The notes beneath the pieces are model-generated. The model was given only the letters and a program-made list of their open reading frames with translations, was not told the origin of the DNA and did no database searches. A DNA stretch of 33,750 nucleotides, taken from Octopus bimaculoides (Eukaryota). The number at the start of each line of letters is the position of its first letter. Within the stretch, counting starts at the first letter, position 1. The stretch is from assembly GCF_001194135.2 (NCBI RefSeq), contig NC_068993.1, positions 50,410,559-50,444,308 on the forward strand, read 5' to 3'. Shown here piece after piece: positions 23,491 through 33,750 of the stretch. Made by a program: the position numbers and the translations under genes.

Positions 23491-23794
23491 AATGATAGTA
23501 ATAATAATAATTGTGGTGATGGTGGTTATCGTAGTAATCACCATGAACAATGACAGTTGATGATAACATTTTATATTTCCTTTTGTGCCTGCTATTGGTG
23601 AAATCTGGAAAAAAGTATTTCCCTTCAATTTTATTCCCTTTAATTATAATATTCTGTTACATCAGGCCTCAAAAATTGACATTTTTTTTTGTTTGTTTGT
23701 TTTTTGTTTTTTTGTTTTTTTTTGAGAACGTGGAGGAAAGTCTCAAATCCCTCCCCACTCATTTTTTTTTTTAATTATTATTAATTTTTTTTTG

Positions 23795-23842
<48 letters not shown>

Positions 23843-24779
23843 CTTTATTTCTGTGAACTAACATTTATGACACTCTCTGGGTTTTAAAAACTCAATACGG
23901 CATTAATCTTTAGTTTGACAACATCAACAGTATCTTGAATCAACAATCTTTGAATTAACAAAAAAAAAGACAAAAAAAAACATATAAAAAAAGCAATGTG
24001 GCAGAGAAAATAACCATTACATCGCGAATTGTGCTCAGTGAGTGACCTACAATAAACGAATCCATTTTGAACACGTTAGCATTGTTGAGTTGTCTTCCTT
24101 GACAGTGACACTCTCTAATGTAGAAGCAGAGGAAATGCAGTATTGTTTCGATCATCTAAATGTCGTTTCCAGAGATACATTGACAATGAAATGCAAGCGC
24201 ATGCTCTTGTGTAGATATGTGCAATTGTCTGTCGCTATGTATACATCTTTATATATGTGTATGCAAATATAATACCCTTCTCTGTGTGTTTATATATGTG
24301 TGTTTATATGTGTGTGCATGCATATGTATGAGTACATGTGTGTATCTATTTGTGCATTTATTTGTGTGTGTGTGTGTGTATCTGTATGCATGTGTACTTT
24401 TTATGTCTTTGTATGCGTGTGCAAGGCTTTGTATGTATGCATATTTATATTTACATGTGCATATGTTTGCATCTCTGTCTGTCTGTCTGTCTGTGTGTAT
24501 GAGTATTATGTCTGTCTTTGTATAATGTATTTGGCAATGCAAAAGTTGCTGAGAAGTGTGAGGGAAAGACAGTTTTACTTTCAGTGATGAGAGAGAGAGA
24601 GAGGGAAGGAGAGAGGGAGAGAAGTAAAAATTGTTGTTTTCTTTAATTATCTCATTCTGTAAGTTATTTCAATTTGAGAAGAGTGTTAAACTCTTCCAGG
24701 CTATTTTACTTAGAAAGGTCAGCTGAAGCGCATATCAATCAGACTAGTTTTGATATTCAAGAATTCAAGCCTCCAAGTT

Positions 24780-24782
24780 TTC

Positions 24783-24835
<53 letters not shown>
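24780..24835. repeat. (TTTC)n microsatellite
   Basis: Read directly. Confidence 0.95.
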
Positions 24836-24836
<1 letters not shown>

Positions 24837-25444
24837 TTCCTCTCTGCACTTCTCTTGGTATGTGGAGCGATTGTGTGGACGTGATTAAACTTGGCCACCT
24901 GATGCCACTTTTCGAATATAGCCTGACAGAACTTTAGATGGAAGTTGGAAGGATGAGGTAGGTGGTAGTTGTGGTGCTAGTAGTGGCGGTGGTGGCGGTG
25001 GAGTAGCACTAGTAGTGGTTGGTGATGGTTGCAGTTGTGGTAGTGATGGTGATGGTGGTGGTGGTGGTGGTAATAGTAGTCATTGTAGTGAAGGTGGTGG
25101 TGAGGAGGTGTTAGCATTNNNNNNNNNNNNNNNNNNNNNNNNNNNNNNNNNNNNNNNNNNNNNNNNNNNNNNNNNNNNNNNNNNGGGGGGGGGGGTGATT
25201 ACAGTGGTATTTGTGATGGTGGAGTAGGGGGCTCAGTGTAATAGTGGTAGCAGTGGTCAGTAAGGCTGGTAGTAATGATTAAGATGATGGTGGTAGCAGC
25301 AGTTTTGGAGATGGTGGTGGTGGTTGTGGCAGTGATGGTCTTCGACCTTCATGTATTCCATGTCTTGCTGAAGAATTGCCATTACTTATAAGTATTCACC
25401 ATAAAGATAGTTTGATTATCTACTCCCTTACCTGACCACTTTAC

Positions 25445-25454
25445 CTATCTATCC

Positions 25455-25521
<67 letters not shown>

Positions 25522-25530
25522 CCTCTATCC

Positions 25531-25564
<34 letters not shown>
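25445..25564. repeat. (CTAT)n tetranucleotide microsatellite
   Basis: About 30 units with CCAT/CCCT interruptions. Confidence 0.95.
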
Positions 25565-26344
25565 TTATTTGTAGCTACCAGCTACATTGGCTCTTAGATC
25601 TGTCTAACCAATCAATACACACACACACAGAGTTCGATGTTGGTTCTTCTGCGTTCTCGACATGAACACCTAAGGCTGGTTTCGACTAATTAAATTTCTT
25701 TACTGAGCCAAAACTTGCTTAAGATTCTTGCCAAATTGGCTGAATTTAGTGGGTGCAGTTCTGTAAGATTTTGGAAAGAAATCCTTTTAAGTGTTTCTTC
25801 TGGTGGTGCTAATTTTGAACCAGAAGTTTATTTAATCTCGAATATAGAAAGATACACCAGTAAATGTCAGGTTTTCTTCTCTTGTAAAATTTTCGAAAAT
25901 GGACAATTTATTTCTGTTTTTATTATTGTTGTAGTTGTTATTATTGTTATTATTATTATTATTTACTTCGCCCATTTACATTTTATTCGCCACTACCATA
26001 ACCATCCCCTCTACCTCCATTAAAGAAATGGTTACTACGGTTACCAGCAATTCACTTAGGTATGTTAGCTTATGTTGTTAGGTTCCTCTGTATTATTGAT
26101 TTTTACATCTCTGAAATGGTCTATGTAACAAACAGTTAGTTAGATTTCCTTAGATGTTATATATAAAAATAAATAAAAACTAAAAAAAAAAAACACACAA
26201 AAAGAAATATATGTAAAAAAGAAAAATGACTGTATTCCAATATGTATTAAATCTGGCTAGTAGTGCCAGGAACAATCGTAAACCTGAGCTCTCAATTTGG
26301 AAATAGCTACATTATAAAATATTAGGCTTTCTGGTATATGTATC

Positions 26345-26386
<42 letters not shown>

Positions 26387-27478
26387 AAATAAAATAATAA
26401 AAATAAACAAATTTCTGAAATTCTGAGCAACAAAATTATTGCTTGCTGATCATAATTAAGGTGTGAAATTTAGTGTTCAGCAAACCTTTTTATGTTATTT
26501 TTGGTAAAGGGACAAACCCATTGTCTTCTAACTTCAAAGCTGATGTAATAATAAAGTTGAGCTTTAATGGCTTAGTTAAGCTGCTATGAATTGTGGGATT
26601 AGGCTATTTTCTTTTCTTTTTTTCCTTACTTTTCTTGATGTGTCCAGGCATTGGTGGTTTGTAATGGTTCTGGCGTAGGTTGGTGGTTGGGCTGGCTGGA
26701 GATGAATGTGTTTGTTTGTTTGTTTTTTTTTCCTCATTATTTTGAGGTTAGCATGGCAATACGGAATAATAAAGCTAGCTTTTGAAACACAGGCAAGTGG
26801 GTTCAATCTAAATTTGTAGCTAAAAATATTTTTTTGCAATTGTTCACTTTACCAATGTCCGCTCGTTAATAGAAATGCTATAAAACCCCCCGTTTGCTTT
26901 TTTTAGATCAATAAATCAAACCTTGGATTCTAAACATGAAGGTGTATAACTATTGTGAGACTTCTCAAAAGTCACATTGAGCGTGTCTGTTTGAAGAGAG
27001 AGAGAAAAAGAGAGAGAGAGAGAGAGAGGCTGAGAATACGTGAGAAAGAATTATTCTGCTGAAAGAGTTGATAAATATTTGTTATATTATCATATAATTA
27101 TTGTCTATATATATCTTTGTAAATATTTATATATCGATAAAGTTAATAAAATATCTTTCAAAATATTTATTGATAAAGTTAATAAATATTTGATATGTTA
27201 TGATTAAATGAATAAATATTTGAACATATATTCTATCATTCTCCTTCTTGATCTTATAATCAGCAGCCAGTTTCTGTTGAAGTCTATGAATCTATCTCTG
27301 AAAAGGACAGCTTTTGATGAATAAGATCTTGGAATTTATTTGGGTTCTGTAGTCACTGCCAAATCAGAATAACCCTTTCTCACCTTCCTTGATAGATTGT
27401 GCAAAATGAATTGGTGAATTGGAAATGGGCTTACTGTTGTATATAAGGTTCATTACGATGATCATGCTGATGCATGTG

Positions 27479-27479
<1 letters not shown>

Positions 27480-27561
<82 letters not shown>
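27480..27561. repeat. (AC)n microsatellite
   Basis: Perfect run of about 41 units. Confidence 0.95.
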
Positions 27562-27564
<3 letters not shown>

Positions 27565-28529
27565 AATGTGTGTGTGAATTTGTGTGTAAGTGTGTGTGGG
27601 TACATTCATACATATATGCAAGTTTGCATAAACACACAAATACAGATTTTCGCCTTTTCATCTCTATTTTCTGTCGGGTCTTACTTAAAAGGAAAGATTA
27701 AAGTTGCTCTTTGGCCTTCTGAAGCAAAGCAGATGGTTTCTTTGCTGATCTATACAGTAAAGGTTCCATGCTTTTTCTAAAAAGCGCAATGAAGTATTTC
27801 TGGACGAAGGGTTTTGGCAGAGAAATACAACACAAACAACAAAGTAACCCCGACTAGCAGGTGTGTTGTCCACATTTTCTCTACTCTGCTTAACATTCTA
27901 GATGGGATAACTACATTGAATGATTGTAAAAGTGGCAGAGTTTATTGGTTTCACCTATTACTTTCTCCACCAAAACAGCTGCTAAACTCGCTGCAAAACA
28001 CATACAACCACACATTAAAAAGAATTGCTCTCACACAGCCTATTGACCCCACATATCACTCCCACACACAGGCTCGCCATTCTAGCATGCATCAAGAAAA
28101 ATTTTGAAGTTTCCAGCTTTTTAAGAGAAGACCACAACAACTGTAATATAACTCTTCCAAACTCTGACCTACCATAGAACTGTACCATCTTTTTGTTTCT
28201 TCTGCTGCTGCTTCAATAGTTTCCTCTCTGAACTTACTACTCACCACTTCCATACCATCCATACCCAAACCTTTTCAATATTGTCATCTCCCTCTCTCTC
28301 TCATTTATGTTTCACTTTTTCTAGACCTCATGTCTATTCCATCTGTAACAATAATAATCAAATATTAATTTCACTCATATGATCAAATTTGTCCACCCCA
28401 CCACTGCAATTCAGGCCAAATGTAGGAACCCTTCTGCCTAAAACGACTATATTTATAAGCATTCTTAAAACCAGCAATAAACAAGATCATATAATAATAG
28501 TAATGATAATAATAATAATAGTAATAATA

Positions 28530-28795
28530 ATGGTTTCAAATTTTCCCCCAAGGGCAGCAATTTTTTGAGGGAGGAAATGAGTCAATTACATCAATCCCAG
28601 AGTCAATTACATCAACCCCAGAGTCAATTACATCAACCCCAGAGTCAATTACATCAACCCTAGTGTTCAACTGGCATTTATTTTATCAGCACCAAAAGGA
28701 TGAAAGGCAAAGTCGACCTCGGCAGAATTTGAATAAAGCAACAGGCTAAGCATTTTGTCCAGTGTGGTAATAATTCTGCCAAGCTCACCACCTTA
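28530..28795 (-). mobile_element. SINE family D with internal 4 x 21-nt expansion
   Basis: aaaaggatgaaaggcaaagtcgacctcggcagaatttgaa is the reverse complement of the family D body. Confidence 0.8.
28579..28662. repeat. Minisatellite 4 x 21 nt (GAGTCAATTACATCAACCCCA)
   Basis: Units start at 28579, 28600, 28621 and 28642; one substitution each in units 1 and 4. Confidence 0.95.
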
Positions 28796-28809
28796 ATAAT
28801 ATTAAAAAT

Positions 28810-28925
28810 AATCCATTCTACTATAGACACAAAGCCTGAAATTTGCAGGAAGGGAATAGTCAATTACATCAACTCCTAAGCATTTTGCCCGGCATGCTAA
28901 AGGTTCTGCCAGCTCACTGCCTTTT
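28810..28925 (-). mobile_element. SINE family D internally deleted copy
   Basis: 3' motif (cacaaagcctgaaattt, gtcaattacatcaac) joined directly to the head (ctaagcattttgcccggc...ttctgccagctcactgcc). Confidence 0.65.
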
Positions 28926-30736
28926 TAATAATAATAATAAGAAGAATTTTAATAATAATAATAAAATAAATGAAAAATTAAACTTCATTTAGTGAGAATG
29001 TGCAATGGAAAGAGGTTTAGTAGTTCGATTCTCACTGCTTCTGTTAACATTCAGTGCAGTTTAGAGATGTACTGAGTGATGGCACAATTTCATCTCAGCA
29101 GGATTTTTTTTTTTTTTTTTTGACACACACACAGGAGACATACAAAAAGCTAATTTTACGTGATCACTCAACCTATTGCATATAGCAGAGAAATCTTCTT
29201 CAGAGCATGCTACATCAAATAATAAAATCCTAAATGCAGTGTTTCTAGATTAAGGACAGGTTGACCTAATTAACAATAAAAAAAAAAAATTTTGTTGGGG
29301 GTTGGGTGATTTGCACTTAGAATCATCTATTTATTACCTTGTTTATACTTACACCTGAAGTTTCCAACTTCACACCCATGGCACTCCAATATAACATTTT
29401 ACAGACCAGACAAGGTAAAANNNNNNNNNNNNNNNNNNNNNNNNNNNNNNNNNNNNNNNNNNNNNNNNNNNNNNNNNNNNNNNNNNNNNNNNNNNNNNNN
29501 NNNNNNNNNNNNNNNNNNNNNNNNNNNNNNNNNNNNNNNNNNNNNNNNNNNNNNNNNNNNNNNNNNNNNNNNNNNNNNNNNNNNNNNNNNNNNNNNNNNN
29601 NNNNNNNNNNNNNNNNNNNNNNNNNNNNNNNNNNNNNNNNNNNNNNNNNNNNNNNNNNNNNNNNNNNNNNNNNNNNNNNNNNNNNNNNNNNNNNNNNNNN
29701 NNNNNNNNNNNNNNNNNNNNNNNNNNNNNNNNNNNNNNNNNNNNNNNNNNNNNNNNNNNNNNNNNNNNNNNNNNNNNNNNNNNNNNNNNNNNNNNNNNNN
29801 NNNNNNNNNNNNNNNNNNNNNNNNNNNGTGCAACCAAAAGATAATAAACCTATGTCAAATCAACAATAGAAATGCAATCTCTAGAAAAATCACTTGTTTT
29901 TGTTTTCCTGAAATAACTTCTATTTTTGTCTTTAATTTAATTTCAACAAGTTTTATTTCCATTTTAATTTAATTTTTATCTCTTATTTCGTTTTTTCTTC
30001 CTTCTTTATTTATTTATTTATTTTTTGTTTAGTGGGGGCGGGATTTTAACTTCAATTTTTTTTCCCAACCTTTTTGTTTCATCACAAATTTTTTTTTTTT
30101 TTTTTTTTTCCCTTCCATTTTATTTTTTTCATTTCGTTATTGTTAATTAGATGCGTTTCATTTTTTTTCCTTTCTTTTTCTAAAATGTCAACTAAAAAAC
30201 TTCCCTCCTTTCTTTCTTTCTTTCTCTTACAGTCATATTCATCTCAAATTGTCTCTTCCATCCACTCTCTCCTTTTCTCTCTCTCTCTCTCTTTCTCGAT
30301 ATTTGTTGGTCCGATCATTGGTGTCTTGTGTATTCTTGCTTTGCTAACTCTTCAGGTTACTGCTCTGGTGTCTAGAACACAATTGAAACCATATAGTTAA
30401 TTAACCTTGCAGTAAAATGAAGGCAGACAGTGAAAAAGGAGGAGAATTTACATTGTAAAATGAACAGCTTTACTGACTCTCTCTCTCTCTCTCTCTGCAT
30501 TATTACTCTTTCACTTCATCTTTTTTCCTCTCCTTCTTTACTCTTTTTGTCTCCACACTCTCTCTTTTTACACATGTCTTCCTTACTCTCCTCCTCCTCC
30601 TCCCTCATCTTACACTGTACTTTTCTTTCTCTCACACAACCTTCCTCTCTTTCACCTCTTTTTCATTCCTCCCTTTCTTTCTCCTCTTTTCACCACTCTC
30701 TCTACACTTTCCTTTCTCTCTCCTTTACCTCTCACA

Positions 30737-30905
30737 CTCTGTCTCTCCTCTCTATCTCTGTCTCTCCTCTCTATCTCTGTCTCTCCTCTCTATCTCTGTT
30801 TCTCCTCTCTATCTCTGTCTCTCCTCTCTATCTCTGTCTCTGTCTCTCTATCTCTGTCTCTCCTCTCTATCTCTCCTCTCTATCTCTGTCTCTCTTTCTC
30901 TATCT
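30737..30905. repeat. Pyrimidine minisatellite, about 19-nt unit CTCTGTCTCTCCTCTCTAT
   Basis: About eight units with small internal deletions. Confidence 0.85.
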
Positions 30906-31954
30906 CTCCCTCTATTTCATCTTACATTCTCCTTTTTCTCTCTTTTCCTTCTATTTTCTCCTACATATTCTATCTCTTTTTCAGTTTCTTTTCTTTAATA
31001 ATCTCTCTCTCTCTCTCTCTCTCTCTCCTGCTCCTAGATCTTCGTCTTTGTACTCCCAGCACCCTTCCACTCCTCCTCACCAGTTTTTCTCCTCTTTTCT
31101 TCTTGAATGACAAGAGATGGAAATAAATGACTCGTTGCTGATGTGGCATTGTACCTCCCCCCCATATTAGCAAAGTAGTGAATCTGGAATAAAACCGAAG
31201 TTGTATTCTAAGGTACCATTAACTTAATGTTGGCTGCAAGGATTAGTTTTTAACAACCGTCTAACCATTAGTGAATCTGGAATGAAATTAGACTTTGTCT
31301 AACGAGGCTAGCCAGAGCCTCATGAACCATGGGGGGTTGGTGGTGGGTGTTAGACAGCGTCAGATCAGGTGAATCTACATCCTTCCATACAACACCTTTC
31401 TTCCTTTAATTGTTGTTGTTGTTGCCATTGTTATTGTTGTCGATGTTGAATTCTCTGTAGTTAATGCATGGCATATATGTAATTATAGTTCACCCCCACC
31501 CTTCATGTAACTGCCATTTAAGTGAACTGGGTGGGCAGGGGGGGTGATGTAAGTAGGGAGAGAGAGAGAAACGAGGTGATGGTGAGAAAGACCTATTAAG
31601 AGATTGTTGACATCTTGCCACATTACCACCACCACCACTAGCACCACCACCTCTACCACTACACCTACTATCCCTGAGAGATAGCAAACTGCTACTTCTG
31701 CTGCCAAAAGACACTTAGTTCCATTATCAGGAGAATACATGTCTCTGGTTCCTCATTCAAGAGATAGCTGGTTCAATCCTTGTTAAAGTAGTACAACACT
31801 TTGTTGCTAACAGGTATCAATGATTGAGGAAATCTTTGTTGACAAACTTGGGGAAAAAATCCTTCATACAAGAATAAATAAACGTTTTTTTTTTTGTTTT
31901 TTTTTTTCCAATTATTAATATTTATATTTTTTATTTGAACAATCGTCTTAAGAC

Positions 31955-32158
31955 ATCGTCTCATTCCTAAGGTATTTTTCGATCAAATTAATTGAAAAAT
32001 ACTTTAGGAATGAGAACTCAGTTTCGAAATTTCCCCAAGACACCTAATGAAGGCTGAAGGGTATATCAGCCGAAACGTTGTGTTAACAAACAAGACGAGG
32101 ACAAATATCCGTCAAATGTAAATAATGTAAATAATTCCTCATCTCTTAAATATAGAAC
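31955..32158 (+). mobile_element. Probable Penelope-like element terminal (pLTR) fragment carrying the hammerhead, with inverted 5' segment
   Basis: Minimal dimer-type hammerhead preceded by an inverted repeat (31959-32015); no ORF. Family assignment is inferred from the known PLE-hammerhead association. Confidence 0.5.
32039..32084 (+). ncRNA. Minimal type I hammerhead ribozyme (Penelope-like-element type) with G5A core substitution
   Basis: Stem I gacac(32039-43)/gtgtt(32080-84); core CTAATGA(32044-50) vs consensus CUGANGA; extra A(32051); 6-bp stem II ggctga/tcagcc with 8-nt loop; GAAA(32072-75); palindromic ACGT stem III remnant; predicted cleavage triplet GUU after 32079. Confidence 0.8.
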
Positions 32159-32229
32159 CATGACCATCTTGTTCTTTCCCCAGACATATAGAGTATTTAG
32201 AAACACACATCAACCAACATGTATTGCCC

Positions 32230-32560
32230 AGCTTTCAAATTGCACTCTTCAGGGAAATTTGAGGGAAATTAGGCTGTTATGTATACCAGGTTGAGTGACC
32301 ATATAGATATTTTCTTATTTGCCTCAAGACATGCCTGTTGCCTTTAGTTCAAGATCAGCCCTGATCAAATAGATCCAGTTATCAATGACATTCCAACCAT
32401 GACCATTCTGTTTTAGATCCAAGTCTGTATTGTTCAACAGGTTCCTTCTCTTTTCTTTGAAATGGTTGGGTATGATGGGGTGGGGGGTGGGCAGATTTGG
32501 CTGCTATTTCTTGTAGGTCAAGCAACAGTGATCCTTCATTGAGAGAGGCATATATTATTA
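32230..32560 (+). repeat. Dispersed repeat family C, two partial tandem copies
   Basis: gaaattaggctgttat...aggttgagtgaccatatag (about 32266-32305) and cagccctgatcaaa...cattccaaccatgacc...gatttggctgctatttct (about 32355-32525). Confidence 0.55.
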
Positions 32561-32934
32561 AAGAGGTTGAGTAATTTTGACTCACTTATTACATTTCACT
32601 CCCTGTTATGTCTGTTTATATGCTAAATACCATAACTGGCATTACAATCATGATTTTCAGCTCCTTACAACCATTGGTTCTGTTGCTGTAGTAGGTGAAG
32701 ATATCGGTACGGTCAGTGACCAGTTACTCTTTCATCAGTAAACATTACTGGTGAAAAATAGAAGTTGTTAGACTTAAACTGTAGAATTCTTGACTTTAGA
32801 TCTTAGGAACCTTTGCATGCTTCACTGCCATAAAGTAATTACAGTGAAATAAATTGTTTGATTCTATAACAGTTGGAAACTTCCCAAAACAGTTTCCATC
32901 CTACACTACCCTATTATTATTTTTATTATTATTG

Positions 32935-32972
<38 letters not shown>

Positions 32973-33158
32973 TCATTATTTTTTTTTCAACTGAAATTCT
33001 TTTCGAGTAAGAGCTGCAAGATGTTTGAGTCAACAGTGCATCTGACAGCCGGATAAGAGATTGGTTGGTGGTATGGTATCATGTCACTAAATGTCTTGTT
33101 TCAGTGGCTAAGATAATTAACTCTTTTATGGCTNNNNNNNNNNCCCCCCCCGACTCAC

Positions 33159-33364
33159 ACGCATACATATTAGTATAGCTTCCTATTGTAAATGGTAGCA
33201 GCACTACCAGATAGGTTATTGTTTCATTAAGTTGCAATGCTTTAATTTCAATCCCACGTTTTGGTCTTGTTGAGAAAGCACTGGGAAACCATTCCAGTGA
33301 ATTCCTCGCTCCTCTGAGTCTCTGCATGAAGACCAGCTCTTCAGCTGTCATACATTCTAATGAC
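33159..33364 (-). CDS. Candidate coding exon, unidentified protein (SLECMTAEELVFMQRLRGARNSLEWFPSAFSTRPKRGIEIKALQLNETITYLVVLLPFTIGSYTNMYA)
   Basis: Minus-strand acceptor gtattttatAG, donor CGT|GTGAGT; 206 nt of non-repetitive sequence; single open frame of 68 codons. No recognisable domain. Confidence 0.25.
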
Positions 33365-33452
33365 CTATAAAATACTCGAATGGAACTGGCGCTGAATACT
33401 ACTGCAAACCTTGTATAGTGAAGATATTGATATTTAAAAAAATATATAAATA

Positions 33453-33750
33453 GGTGTAAGAGTGGCTGTGTGGTAAGTAGCTTGCTTACCAACCACATGG
33501 TCCCGGGTTCAGTCCCACTGCATGGCATCTTGGGCAAGTGCCTTCTACTATAGCCTCGGGTCGACCAAAGCCTTGTGAGTGGATTTGGTAGACGGAAACT
33601 GAAAGAAGCCCGTCGTATATATGTATATATATATGTATGTGTGTTTGTGTCTGTGTTTGTCCCCCCAACATCGCTTGACAACTGATGCTGGTGTGTTTAT
33701 GTCCCCGTAACTTAGCGGTTCGGCAAAAGAGACCGATAGAATAAGTACTA
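33453..33750 (+). mobile_element. tRNA-headed SINE family A, runs off the window end
   Basis: Same head and body as the 3683 copy, internal microsatellite, then a 3' body matching the inverted copy at 13966-14310. Confidence 0.85.

Larger units (their letters stand above)
661..33143. other. Assembly gaps: 661-995, 1805-2105, 6456-6520, 9855-10619, 11159-11168, 12281-12290, 15681-16489, 17514-17974, 19650-19874, 25119-25184, 29421-29827, 33134-33143
   Basis: N runs, most bounded by microsatellites or homopolymers, as is typical of short-read assembly. Confidence 1.

Noticed and set aside
25655-25715. Minus-strand GTCGAAACC segment resembling a ribozyme-bearing repeat end
   Set aside because: No CUGANGA or pairing stem II upstream; possibly a repeat fragment, but I cannot support it.
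28579-28662. CRISPR-like or iteron-like array
   Set aside because: Contiguous tandem units without spacers, inside a SINE, in eukaryotic DNA.
30074-30400. Hydrophobic, transmembrane-looking ORF (IFVGPIIGVLCILALLTL)
   Set aside because: Hydrophobicity arises from T-rich sequence; no supported exon boundaries.
1-33750. The long ORFs in the supplied track (poly-IY, poly-LS, poly-CV, poly-H, X-filled)
   Set aside because: They are translations of microsatellites, low-complexity tracts or N-gaps, not proteins.

Overview
AT-rich, repeat-saturated eukaryotic genomic DNA from a draft assembly (12 N-gaps, about 3.46 kb or 10% of the window). The SINE families and microsatellite density suggest an octopod cephalopod such as Octopus; this is an inference from recognised repeat motifs. 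No complete gene is visible, and almost all supplied ORFs are translated microsatellites, gaps or SINEs. The window contains four or five dispersed repeat families in many copies, including tRNA-headed SINEs. It also has one plausible internal coding exon on + (9089-9198) with a phase-compatible small upstream exon, and one weaker candidate exon on -. The most interesting signals are non-coding RNA structures. These are (i) a near-complete minimal type I hammerhead ribozyme of the Penelope-like-element kind at 32039-32084, carrying the classic inactivating G5A change and preceded by a 25-bp hairpin; (ii) a second, degenerate hammerhead in a 125-nt palindrome at 12804-12928; and (iii) a 221-nt fold-back element at 21027-21247 whose arm differences are strongly biased to G-U pairs on the + strand.
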